63,917 nucleotides of DNA from Phoronis australis (taxonomy: Eukaryota; Animalia; Phoronida), in NCBI GenBank assembly GCA_002633005.1, contig NMRA01000224.1, positions 54,910-118,826 on the forward strand, read 5' to 3'. The position numbers were made by a program, and so were the translations under genes. The notes below the pieces were generated by a model. That model did not search any database. It was not told the DNA's origin and saw nothing but the letters and a program-made list of their open reading frames with translations. Shown here in pieces: positions 1 through 11,827 of the stretch. Every line of letters begins with the position of its first letter. Positions within the stretch are counted from its first letter, which is position 1.

Positions 1-188
1 ATGTTTGCTTCTTGAACTCTGCGACTGGACTCCTCGTGTCTGACAGAGACAAAGCTTAAGTACACAATTTCAACCAATCAGACACGATCTGAAGGGCAAG
101 GCCCATAGCTCCTAGCTTCTGACCATATTTGGCCATGTCCAAAGGACTCAACATCATAGGAAAATTCCATACGTAATACACAGCTTGA

Positions 189-202
189 CCACTAGAGGGC
201 GC
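189..202 (+). promoter_or_regulatory. CTCF-like binding motif
   Basis: CCACTAGAGGGCGC matches the CTCF core consensus CCASYAGRKGGCRS; motif match only. Confidence 0.4.
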
Positions 203-1096
203 ATATATCTCACTTACATAATCATGTCCAGGGCACTCCTGTTACAGAACAATATGTAGTGACGTAACACAGGTTCAATAGTGAGTGGGACACTGTGTTT
301 GCTCAGTGGAAGTGAATGCACAGCAACATTTGCTCGGGCGTTTTCGCTTAAGGTCCTACTTAAAACCATACTGCTAAACCTACAGTTTTGGCCTATTGGC
401 AGATACTAAAAACGACTTTCCCATCCAGTTCCCTGAAACAAAATATTGATCTGTAACCCTCGACAAACCTCAAAAGTTAGGAGGAAAACTTTTTAACTCC
501 TTTCAACTTAAAGTCTGCTAAACGGGCCAGCGCGACCTACGCTTTTAGCGAATTACACGGCGACTGTATCCATGGACCATAATATACAACGAGTGAGATA
601 GTAGGGAGTATGAGGTTTTAGTTGATTCCTGTCTTTAACTTGCAAGATTGACGCCAATGATGCATTATCAGGTGACAGATTGCCGATCGGTTTGGTATCC
701 TTTTAACTTAAAATGGGCTACAAAATTGAGCGTATACACTCGCAGTTCTTAGAAAACTAAACGAATGTGTGACGTACAATCCTGACTATTGTGGGAATGA
801 CACTCTAGTCGATATCTTTTGGGAAAATATTGGTTTTGACTGGTCTTACTCTCGCCTCCACCATTCATGGATTGGTCTATTCACAAAATTATATATTCAT
901 TTCAAGATGGTGGATCAATGTATTGCAAGTCAAAAATAATGTAAGGTTAAAAAATAAAGTAAAGGTCATTTTAAGTCATGTTAGATAAAGACAAGACAAC
1001 ATTAGCACAAAGTGCTAATTACGGACAAAAATACTCACATTTTGACACGTACAAGATGATAAATTTACGGAGCTAAAATGAGATGGCCCTGCCAAT

Positions 1097-1297
1097 TTAC
1101 TCATGACAGATGGTGCAAGTGTTACCGACTTTGTAGATGAGACGTGAAGAATTTATAGCCAACGGAAAATCCCTGACGTCTTGAATATTATTGGGAAGAT
1201 GATTCCATGTCTTCCAGAGGCATGGAACGCAAAAGCTCGTCAATACAATTCCTGACGAAAGTACCATCCCGCAAGCCTCCAGCACAGAGTAATTCAA
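1097..1297 (-). mobile_element. Degraded 3' end of a CR1/L2-group LINE ORF2
   Basis: Translation ...SFCVPCLWKTWNHLPNNIQD...CTICH* resembles the WN-LP motif and Cys-rich C-terminus of CR1-group reverse transcriptases; short and decayed. Confidence 0.4.
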
Positions 1298-3812
1298 TTT
1301 CTCCCGTGATGAATTTTTCGGAAAAAAATCACAAAATTCAAGAGGAGACGTGTTTTGCCTTGTGGGAGAACAATCGACGAAGTGGTGAGCAGTTGACAGA
1401 TCTTTTTTTTAAATTTGAAACTAAAAGGAATGTTTTGATATCAACAGAAATTAAAAATCTTTACGAACAAACCTTAAAAATACCTGGTGAGCTGGTTGAA
1501 TTTTGTTTTAGTGGCCGAGAACCACTTTCAATATTGCAATTTTGTCTGTTTGTCACATTCCAGACCTCTTTAACAACTCGCATTTCACGAGACTGTCTTT
1601 TAACGTTTTTTTTTTCAGTATACAAGTTGATCCCACATCTTCCTGCAGCCTCATATTTGTCTCTAGATCACCTTTCACTTTTCATTCATTGAAAGGGTAT
1701 ATCAAGTTCTGTTTTTTCACTTTCCTCTTACAATGTTCACAGTGATCAGTGCAGTGGACCAGCCTGAGTGGTGCGTGCATGTCTGTTACAACGTGTGCCA
1801 GTTCGCCTGCTTATTTTTTACCATATTCCATGCCATGGAAAATCAAACAATTTCTTTCTTTGTATATTCAATCACTTCTACGCACAACGTTCAATAGTTC
1901 AGAACTATGGTAGAAGAAATTCAAGTGAAAAATACCTCTCAGCATTATACAAGACATGCAAAGAAATTCCCAGCGAATTCAGTAAGCATCACGAAACATT
2001 CCGCCATTTCTTAGAGGACGTTTCTCGTTGTTCCGTAGTGAGGATAATTGTGCACAGAAATTCCGTGCCCCGAATATGTAAAAACAGGTCGTGACTAAGA
2101 GTCAAAATCTGTAATCTTGAAATGCAAATGAACATGAATTACAGCCAACAGAAAAAGAGCTTTTCCGGCATGTCCGATAAATGTGACACTATTGTGAACT
2201 GTCAAATCTCTCCTTTCAAAATGAAACCATGTGCATTAAAACGTGGTTCAAGTCTGGAACCGAACTGAAACAACAGTACATGTATCGTGAGGATAACTTG
2301 TCTTCATGAAACTGATAAGGCGGCCCCGTGGTTACACCTGTTTCCAAAACTAGAACAAACGCCGTTGTTGTTCGCCACATATCAATAGTTTTTATTGGAT
2401 AAAGAAGAACACTAGTTACAAAACAGGCTCGTGGTCATTCGGGGAACGTAACAGTTTTGTTGCAGTGTTTAACTGTCGACTAGAACACAACATTTGATCC
2501 AATTGCTGTAACGAAAATTTCATCAGGAAACCGGACTACTCAGTTGGTCTTGTAGTTGGGCTTCTCTATCAACAGGTGTCGCCGTCCGCTCTTGATATCT
2601 CGAAAGTTGATTTGAGTTCCTATTGTGTGGTACAGAGCAATTATCGCATTAGCGTTAGCGATGTATGCAGGGCAATTAAATAGTGGCTGGGACAAATTGA
2701 AATCGTAATTTTTAACGTGTTCGGCCTCTGAAATTGAATTTCTCGTGAAAAGTTGGTGCATAATCCTTCTTTCGCGGAAGGAATACGATAAAAAATAGCC
2801 AGAACGCTGCGCTGGGTTGAAGCCGATCTGTATTTACATTCACATAATTCGTTCAGCATGACATGGGAGATAATTGGCGTTCGCCTCGTGTCATCCGACA
2901 AAAGAATGACCCTTGTCCTTAACAAAGAAAATTTGATATCAGGTTTCGTCGTCTGGAATACGGATGAACGGGGGTAAGTTGAAATAAGGTAGCTTAGAGC
3001 GTGGACTCGTACGCTAAAAGGAACATCGGGCCCAGGAATTTTGTACCAGGGCAAGGTCGAAAAGGATGAAAATCGGACACGATAAACAGGGGTCCTCTAA
3101 AAGAATTGGGATATTGGAAAATTGGTTGGTGAAGCGTGAGAGAAGAGAATATGGCTCTGGAAAATACTGAAACTGAGTAACAAAATCGTTTTAATAGAAT
3201 ACATTACAAGGAGTCACCTTTGTTTTTGAAACTAAAAGTTTTCATGACTTTTTGCTATTTTAGTGAAAACAGGCTGAAAAGTTTAGCTATTTTAAATCGG
3301 AGATGTCCGCTTCGTGGTCCGTGTACTGTTATTCCTGGTTATATTGGTTTTACGTCTGGGATCATGTTTTCCGCAGTTTCATTCTCTTAAAACCTGAAAC
3401 CTCGAGTATGGTTGAAATGGGTTCATTCTTTCACTATCAAGCCAGCTGTAATTTCAGGTTCCCAGTTTCGTTCTTGACCAAAATACAAAATTTGAACGTG
3501 CAAGTGCATTTGAAAGGCATTTGACTGGAGGGATAATTTTCCCATTTTTTTCATGTACTTGCAATCATTCTCCGCACGTGAATGAGCAGAAAAGTGTTTT
3601 TAATTCATTGATGTAGGTGTGTTTACGCGTCATACAAACACCCCCACATGTAGACGTGCTGCTTTGTGCTCTCAATGTATTCAGACGTTAAAAAGACTTC
3701 ATTGGTATGAAGTGACAGTTGAATCGCCATAGTCAGGCGTCTTTTAGCCGCGGACAGGTGGTTTCTACATGTTGTTATAGTGTTCACTTGCATTTCCCGT
3801 TTATTTTAGATC

Positions 3813-5747
3813 ATGGCACAGTGCAAAAGGCCCAACGACTTGAAACGCTTGTTGGAGTGTCCAATCTGTCTGGAACGTGTCAAAAATCCTCGAATCCTAC
3901 CATGTTTTCATTCCTTCTGTGAAATCTGCCTCGGACAACATGTGCATGACAAGGAAGGGAGAGGTTTCTTCATGTGTCCAATATGCAACGCGAAAACGCA
4001 GATCCCACCAGGCGGCGCGACTGGGTTCAACCGCAACACGTACCTCGACGACATGTGTCTCCTATTTCCCGAAGAGCACACCTGCGACTTTTGCCTACTT
4101 CGTGGAAATGAGTGTCTGGCTGTATCTAAATGCGTCCAATGCGACGATCACCTCTGTGAAGAGTGTGCAGTAGGCCACTGCTCATCTAAATTGACATCTG
4201 ATCACCGTGTGGTCAGTTTAGATGAAAGTGACCGTGGGGAGGAAATTGGGAATGCTGAGGCTCGTAGTTCCAAAAGCGTCTACATCTGTTCCGTGCACGC
4301 AGGAGAGGTCGTGCAGCTTTTCTGTGACAGATGCACTAAACCATTGTGTCGTTTATGTGCAGAAGATCATCGCCATCACAAACAGAGTAGTATAGAGGAA
4401 GCTGAGCGGGAGATTGATGACGTCATTCGAGGATCACTAAATCGATGGAAACTGTCCGCAGAATACGCTGAAACTGTGTTAGAGGAACGAATGAATGAGT
4501 TGAGAAGGCTTGACGTCCAGGAAAGACAGCTCATGACAAAGATAAAGAAAGTGTTCACGACTGTTAAAGACGAAATTAGCAAAAATGTCGATTGTCGAAT
4601 GAACAAAACTGTTGAAGCAGCACAAGAACGCGTGGCAGTGGCTCGCAAACAGGTCCAGATCTTGTGTGATGAGGCCAAGACTAACAAACTTAGTATTGAC
4701 GGCGTCATGGTGCATGCTCAGAACCTTCTGGATTCAGCGGATGGCGTTGTGAAATTGAAACAATTTTACAAAGTCAAGCACAAGATGAAGAATGTAGACC
4801 ATCACGAACAGGTGACGGAAGTGACTACGACCGTTTTCCACATAGAACCAGAGGTGTTAAATATCCCAGACGTATCTGGTTTGAAAGTAAAAATGGTTGC
4901 ACAGATGGAAAAGAAAACATTGAAAAGGAATCATGAACATGCGCTGAAAGAGAAGGCAGTGTTGGTGGGCGGGGTCAGAACACAGATAGGCGGGGATGAA
5001 TGCTACAGTTGTTACGACGTGGCGGTGAACGAGGAGTGGTTTATCACCACCGACTACAATCGAAGCAACATCAACGTGTTTGACAGGGAGGATGGCCGTT
5101 TTCTACACGAAGTCAACCACGACCAGTACAATCTGCTGAGCCCGAGAGGCGTCGCTTGTAACGATGACGGTGAGATATTCGTTACCGTTGATGGTATCTT
5201 AGGTGTGGTCAGATACAACGTGAACGGTTACATCACCAAAGTGGCCAAAAATTTGTACGGCAGTTTCGCGTTCATAACTTGCTACGGCGATCAGCTTGTC
5301 CTCACAGATTATGCAGGTGAGCGACTGCTGATAACGGATTTCAACTGTAACATTAAGCGCGTTGTCACTAAAACCGATCTAGGTCTGTTGACGTTCAAGC
5401 CGCTCTGCGTGTCGGTTGATCGCGAGGGACATCTAGTGGTGAGTGGTGAGGAAAGAGTGCTTGTCATAGATTACAAAAAACCAGCAGTTATCCACTCATT
5501 TTGTGACAAACTGAGAAAACCATGGGGTGTGTGTGTTGATGAATGGGGGAACATTTTAGTCGCGGACTTCATCAATAGTCACGTGGTGCTCTTTGCTGTC
5601 GAAGGCGGGAAGGCCCGCGTGAGTGTTCCCATCACTTCTGCAGACATTGTTAGACCTGTTTCAGTGGCAGTAACGGCACCTGGCGAAGTTGGAGTTCTGG
5701 AAAATGCCTCTGGAAAATTGAAGTTGTTTAAATACTTAGAAGTGTGA
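3813..5747 (+). CDS. TRIM-NHL family E3 ubiquitin ligase (RING, two B-boxes, coiled coil, NHL repeats; TRIM2/3/71-like), 644 aa, single coding exon
   Basis: RING CPIC...LPCFHSFCEIC...CPIC; B-box1 CDFC...CVQCDDHLCEECAVGH; B-box2 CSVH...FCDRCTKPLCRLCAEDH; helical region; NHL motifs (PRGVAC, PWGVCVDEWGNILVAD). A splice acceptor ttattttag just before the ATG suggests an upstream non-coding exon. Confidence 0.92.
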   Translation: MAQCKRPNDLKRLLECPICLERVKNPRILPCFHSFCEICLGQHVHDKEGRGFFMCPICNAKTQIPPGGATGFNRNTYLDDMCLLFPEEHTCDFCLLRGNECLAVSKCVQCDDHLCEECAVGHCSSKLTSDHRVVSLDESDRGEEIGNAEARSSKSVYICSVHAGEVVQLFCDRCTKPLCRLCAEDHRHHKQSSIEEAEREIDDVIRGSLNRWKLSAEYAETVLEERMNELRRLDVQERQLMTKIKKVFTTVKDEISKNVDCRMNKTVEAAQERVAVARKQVQILCDEAKTNKLSIDGVMVHAQNLLDSADGVVKLKQFYKVKHKMKNVDHHEQVTEVTTTVFHIEPEVLNIPDVSGLKVKMVAQMEKKTLKRNHEHALKEKAVLVGGVRTQIGGDECYSCYDVAVNEEWFITTDYNRSNINVFDREDGRFLHEVNHDQYNLLSPRGVACNDDGEIFVTVDGILGVVRYNVNGYITKVAKNLYGSFAFITCYGDQLVLTDYAGERLLITDFNCNIKRVVTKTDLGLLTFKPLCVSVDREGHLVVSGEERVLVIDYKKPAVIHSFCDKLRKPWGVCVDEWGNILVADFINSHVVLFAVEGGKARVSVPITSADIVRPVSVAVTAPGEVGVLENASGKLKLFKYLEV

Positions 5748-8050
5748 GGCTTGCAAAGATACAGTTGATGTACATGACATGAGATGTTGTGCCATTGGCG
5801 AATCAGCTTAACCACAGTTTGACGTGCTTTCATTGAAAATAAGCGGCAATGTTTCACGTCATCTCTCGAGTCCTTGCTTTTCTAGCGAGGTATTAACGTT
5901 ATTGTACTCAACACAGTCCAATGCTATCCGAATGTGTTACCCGTTTCTCTATCCAAATTACCGTGTTCATGTTTTTTTAACTTTGACCAGGTGACAGGTC
6001 TTTTGTTGAGCAAGGTACATGTGGATTTTTTCTTCCGATCGAACTAAAAGTTACAAAGTCACGTAACCATCTTAAATGCTTTCATCTCCATTACCATCGT
6101 CATCACTACCGTCACCAGTTTCGTTGCCATTGGCAGTTGAGCTCTAAACGGTGTCATGTGACGGTGAGGAAACTATACGGAACACCCTTCTCGGCGCATG
6201 GAGTAAAAATGGAACAAAAAAGACACTTCCTTTTAGGATGTGTTTGTAAAAGCCTGGAGCCGTCATGTGATGACGTGTGACACCTGTGCTTTTAGAGTGG
6301 AGAGATCCATACGGGAGCTGTGGTGCTTTGCAACGGTGTCCCCTTCGGCGGTTTCGTTAGCTTCAGCGTTGAACTTGTTACCTGTTATCATCCAAATAAT
6401 ATGGTCGGCTGCAATGACAACATCGTTATATGGTGTGGGCGCTGGATGCGCTCTCACCTCCTAAGTGCTGTTGTAGTCGTTTGCATGGCAGTGCCGACGC
6501 CACTGTCGTCTTCATCAGTGACGTCATAAGTGTCAGTGTTATTGCCATATAAATGCTGCGGATGGGTTAATGCCATTGTTGTCGGCTCGCCGATGTTGTC
6601 TATGCTCATTCGATACAAAGTTCGTTTACATTACTACATATAGCACAGCAACTATAGATATAGCATCGTACGGAAAATGACGAATTGTATCGAATAAGCG
6701 TGATTTTGTCCGAGTTTTGCTGTTTATTTATTTATTTAAACTTCTTTAAAAGACTAGGTGATCACTTCAGTGAATACACTGATTTTCAAGTGGGTCCAGT
6801 CGGAAATAATTACATGAAGTAAAATACAGAGAGCTATGTACAATTAGATTGAAAAGATTAATAACTAAAATAAATTAGTATAAAATTAGTTAATATGTAC
6901 AATTTGATGAATAAATGACATAAATCAGAGTAAAATATTGATTAGCTGAGGCCTACAGTAACGAACCACGCACACAAAGTCCCAGTACTTCTGTTTGAAG
7001 ACGTGGACATTGGGCGCGTTAGCGACGGCAATACCAAGCCCGTTGTAAGCGACAGCACCTCTGTAGGCAAAAGCTCTTTTGCCACAGGTTTAATTGGTAT
7101 CAGGCAGCCAGAAACACTCACTCTAGTATTGTAATTGTGAGAATCTCTGACTGCCTTGAATTTAGTAGTAAGGTAATTAGGTGTGAGGCTATGTGTGGCT
7201 TTGTATACCATAAAGTGTAAATGAAAGGCACGCCTGCTAACCAGGCTGTACCAAGTTTATCTAGGGGTTCAGAAATAAGAAAGTCATTATAATGGCCACT
7301 ATAGTTGAGTATCAGCCTCCCAGCCTTGTTTTGTAATTTTTGAAGTCTATCCTGAAGATATGACGCACAATTACCCCACACAACATCACAGTAATCAAAG
7401 TATGGTACAATTAGACTCCTGTACAGAACATGAAGAGTAGCTTGATCAACATAACTCCTAACTCTGTACAAAAGCCCAATTCTTTGGGAAACTTTTTTGC
7501 ACACATAATCTACATGTTCGTCCCATGATAAGTTATTATCAATCATAACACCCAGATATTTATATTTCTCAGCTCGTGCCAGCTGGGTGCCGTTAATAGT
7601 AAAGGATATATCGCTTGGAGACAACACAGCCAGCCTCTGTTTGCTACCAATAGTCATAACCTTGGTTTTATCAACATTAAGTGTCAATTTGGTCTCCACA
7701 AGCCAAGCATACACACGATTCATTTCTAATGTGGCATTGACTTCATCTATTGACTTGGCCGCAAAGAAGAGGGCTGTGTCGTCTGCATACAAACTAATTC
7801 TACATTGTTTCACTGACGTGGGTAAATCATTTACATATACACAAAATAACAATGGGCCCAGTATCGACCCCTGGGGGACACCACAGGTCACATCAAGTGG
7901 TGTTGATAACGCCCCGTTCATAACAGTGACTTGATTACGATTACTTATGTAATTACTGAAACAGTCGAGTTCGGCGTCGTGTGCACCACAGTTAGCAAGT
8001 TTTAACAGGAATCTATTGTGATTAACAGTATCGAAAGCTTTCTTCAGGTC

Positions 8051-8365
8051 AAGAAAGATAGCACCAGTAACTTTACCATTGTCCATATTGTCAAGTAAGT
8101 AGTCAGTTATGTCCAGAAAGATAGCAGCAGTAACTTTACCATTGTCCATATTGTCACGTAAGTAGTCAGTTATGTCCAGAAAGATAGCATCAGTAACTTT
8201 ACCATTGTCCATATTGTCAAGTAAGTAGTCAGTTATGTCCAGAAAGATAGCACCAGTAACTTTACCATTGTCCATATTGTCAAGTAAGTAGTCAGTTATG
8301 TCCAGAAAGATAGCACCAGTAACTTTACCATTGTCCATATTGTCAAGTAAGTAGTCAGTTATGTC
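8051..8365 (-). repeat. 63-bp in-frame tandem repeat (x5) inside the LINE RT
   Basis: DITDYLLDNMDNGKVTGAIFL repeated five times with few substitutions. Confidence 0.95.
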
Positions 8366-9061
8366 AAGGAGAGAATTAGCTGTGGAGTGCGCGCGGCGAA
8401 AACCCGACTGTTCATCACATAAAAGATTGTTTGACTTTAAATAAGAGTACAGTTGTGAGGGTACACCTCTTTCAAAAATTTTCATAATAACAGGGACGAC
8501 TGAGATTGGACGATAATTGTTTACAATATTTTTATTGTCTTTCTTAAAAATAGGTGTCACTTTGGCCTTCTTCCATGCGGCTGGTATGAACTGAGTTTCC
8601 TACGATTTGTTGAAAAGTGATTTACAGATCAATGGTCCCGCGAGTTTCAGTAATCTAGATGGAATCCCGTCCATGCCAGTCGACTTGTTTACATTAAGTT
8701 TAGAAAGCTGTGCTAAGGTGAAATCCTCAGTGATTTCACAAAACCTTAATGCTTTGAAGTGTAGTAGGCTGGAATCCTGTGGCTGATGCACTTCAGGGAA
8801 TTCTTGGGCCAATTTCCTACCAATTGAAGTAAAAAAACTCTTCCGCTATTTTCTTGGGGTCACTTGATTCGACATCGCCAATTAAAACAGATTGGATTCG
8901 ATCACTCCCTTTTTTGGGTGGAAGCTTTTTCAAAGTTTTCCATAGTTGTTTACTATCATCATTTGCATTTTCAATTTCATTTTGGTATTGCTGCTTCTTT
9001 AATTCTTTGATTAGATTATTGCAAATTCTTTAGCCTTGGACCAATCATCAACAAGTCTGGA

Positions 9062-9510
9062 TCAAGATCATTTTCTGCAATGTCACGCACGTAAAATCAC
9101 CCGTCAATAAATTGTAGAAAACACGTCAATTCGCTACGTGGAGCAAGATGTGCTGCGTTTGAAAGTATTAGAGTCCCTTTTAATTGCTTTTGAGAAGCCT
9201 GTTTGAATGAGCAGCAAACAGGGTCGCGCCGCACGTTACACTTGTTTGCGTGACTTTCCTGTTACCCCCTTCATTAGTGGTGGCATTACTGCGTCATTTT
9301 ATCTTCACTTGAGAATGAAACAAGTATGTTTCGAAATATCGTGTGCCTTTTAATTATGTCGCTAGGTCAGTTCCTGTATCTATGTTCAGTTGAGAGTAGA
9401 GATTTGTTCCGAAAGTACGAACGTAACGGAATAAAGACTGTGAACAATGAAAAGTGTCGTGCATTTAACAAATTCTGTATAACCGAAAACTTGCTCCCGA
9501 AGTACAGTTA
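9062..9510 (+). mobile_element. Penelope-like element solo pseudo-LTR fragment nested in the LINE
   Basis: GIY-YIG-type C-terminus (DHFLQCH...LRLKVLESLLIAFEKP/LNEQQTG..LHLF*), then UTR, then a PLE-type ORF start (MSLGQFLY...FNKFCITENLLPKY); it interrupts LINE ORF2 between DYWHTK and LVDDWSKAK. Confidence 0.75.
9306..9343 (+). ncRNA. Minimal type I hammerhead ribozyme, U3-A8 core variant
   Basis: CAC-UUGAGAA-U-GAAACA(agta)UGUUUC-GAAA-UA-UC-GUG: 3-bp stem I, 6-bp stem II, palindromic minimal stem III, predicted cleavage after C9340. Confidence 0.65.
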
Positions 9511-10029
9511 TACCTTGGTATGCCAATAATCAGGGTCCAATGAGAAGGTAAAATGTAGTCGTCCATTAACCATTCAGGTCGGTCAGCTCTGAGTTTAATT
9601 GACCTGATTGGTGCGTGATTGTCACAAACTGATTTAAAATACGAGTGCCAAATTTCCCAACATTCATTAACATCTTGGCCTAGATTGACAATGTCCCACG
9701 GACACGCAGCAATATCGTCCAGAAAGTCCTCAGCAATAAAATTTTTATAAGAACTGTTGTGTGCAGTGACGTCGTTGCCATTTCTGTGAAGGTGGCGCAT
9801 CATCATTGGCAGCACCTCGTATGTTTCATCATCATGTAAGCTAATGACATACCGAAATTCTGGTCTGGAGGGAAAAATTTCGGTGTGATCGACTAAAAGT
9901 AAAAACTAGAAAGATTATTGTCATGGCGTGACAATAATGGACTCTGCGCGTGCGTATTAATGGAATTGTTTTGGGAAGTTACTGACAGCAACCCGTTAAA
10001 AATCACCTGAAACACTTTTGTTGTGTGCT

Positions 10030-10865
10030 GTTTCTCCAAGTGCTGTCATCAGCTAGAATGCATCCTCATCGATAATTTCGACCCTTAATCTAGAATCATC
10101 TCGGATGCCGGGTCCCCGAAGTTGATCAGGCTTCGGTCATCACTTGGTGCGCCACCTGTTGTCTCGCTGTAACCATAACCACGACGACGCCTATTCAGCA
10201 GATCTCATCACTGACTGCACCAAATTCTTCCTCGACACTGCTGATACCTAGGAACTTCATCACCCTCCACATGCTGCTCCCGATGAAACCTCTGCATCCT
10301 ACTTCGACTGGCATACAAAAACACTTCCAACCAGCTACTGAAAAATCATGGGAAAGTTCTGCATACTTAAGCCTTTTCCTCTCGTTGGCCTCTACCATTC
10401 GGGATTCCCATGGTACTGTAAGTTCTACTATGATGACCGTCTTTGTACCATCTGACCATAATACCAAGTCAGGCCGGAGTATCGTCATCACTATATGACT
10501 CGGGAATACTGCCAACGGCCCTACATCCACTATTATCTTCCAATCACTCGCTGTAGTCAACACACCTGCATCTTTCCTCTTCCCCAATGCACCTTCTCTG
10601 CAAAATGATATTAGTGGGCTTTCGGTGTTGCTAACCACCTTCCTTCTTTCTAGATCCAAAATATGCGCAATCACCTTGAGAATCTTGTCATGTCTCCACT
10701 TGTATTTGCCTTCTGCCAAAGCCGACTTACAGGATGACAAAACTTGCTGTAAAGTGCCGCGCTCCCCACAACTGCTGCAAGAATCGTCTTCTATCCTTCC
10801 CCATAACTTCAGGTTTGTCGGACTAGGGAGTACGTCATACACAGAACGCAGGATAAAACTTAATC
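10030..10865 (-). mobile_element. 3' fragment of an RLE-type non-LTR retrotransposon (HERO/R2-group)
   Basis: ORF 10195-10842: YDVLPSPTNL, decayed CCHC knuckle (CSSC...VLSSC), WRHDKIL, RPDLVLWS...IVELTVPWE...KRLKY...PVEVGCRGF restriction-like endonuclease. Confidence 0.88.
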
Positions 10866-10869
10866 AATA

Positions 10870-11670
10870 GGAAAAGGAATTCTTAAAAAATGTAGGAGAA
10901 ATTACATGTTAATATTTTGATGACCTTTCCACTAATTGAACTCTTCCGGTGCATTATGAACCCCGACGAGGGAATAGTTATAAACTCGATTTAAAGTGTG
11001 GTTAATGCTAAGAATCACAGATGTTTTACTTTAAGCACTTCAGAATACAAGATGAATGAATTGGTCAAACTTTCAGAAGAAAAATGCACCTAATGACCGC
11101 ATGGGTGCACCAAATGACCTGAAACTTTAGAATTCAAACTCAATCGCACTTAGTGAACAGATATGTAATATTAAAGTCTCTAGCTCAAAATTTTAGTTTG
11201 CACTCAATGACCTTTGACCTATTTTTTCTGATTGGTTAGGCCTATTGCGAAGTACAGTAGGTTATTCAATTGGCATGTTGACTTACCCCAGTGTGCTGAA
11301 ATTGAAAAGAATTCCTTGAAAAACGTAAGAGAAGTAACATTTTGAACGTTACATGACCTTTGCACTAATTGACCCTATCCGGTGCATTATAAGCGTCTTT
11401 ATGCAAATTATTGCAAAGCCCATGAAAAATGTGTTTAATGGTGAGAATCACAGTTGTCTAACGGTTGACACCTCGGAATACTTGCTGATTGAAAAGGTCA
11501 AATTTTCAGAAGAAAAATGCACCTAATGACCCCATGTTTGCACTAAATGACCTGAAACTTTGGATTCCGAATTGAACTACCTGTGCCAATCAGGCCTGTG
11601 AATTTGAAGTGTCTAGCTCAAAATTTTAGTTTGCACCTAATGACCTTTGACCTATTTAACCTGATTGGAT
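10870..11670. repeat. Diverged ~433-bp tandem dimer rich in TGACCT(TTGACCT) motifs; probable non-autonomous repeat
   Basis: AAAATGCACCTAATGACC...TGACCTTTGACCTATTT block at 11081 recurs at 11514. Confidence 0.7.
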
Positions 11671-11827
11671 GATATATATATCATCCGTTTAAGACGTTTT
11701 TTGCATGTTCTTCCGACTGGGTCTGGGAGTATGTACTGTACGTAAACCTGATTTGTCAATCATAACCTTGTCACCTTCTCGGAAATTTTGGCATATTGTT
11801 CGGTTGGCGCGCGTTTGGTTGTATCAC

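Larger units (their letters stand above)
6723..9760 (-). mobile_element. L2/CR1-group LINE retrotransposon (5'-truncated, frameshifted ORF2 with reverse transcriptase)
   Basis: ORF pieces 9465-9815, 8600-8812, 7118-8560 and 6942-7211 with NYRPISV, FLDLKKAFDTV, GVPQGSILGPLLF, LYADDT, YKYLGV; (TAAA)n tail at 6723-6740 following a GGACCCACTTGAAAATCAG-type 3' UTR. Confidence 0.92.

Noticed and set aside
2540-3054. Overlapping minus-strand ORFs (137 and 73 aa)
   Set aside because: No recognisable domain or consistent splice structure
10030-10110. Possible hammerhead in the HERO-like 3' UTR (minus strand GAAA...CTGATGA)
   Set aside because: Core words are present but I could not form stems I and II
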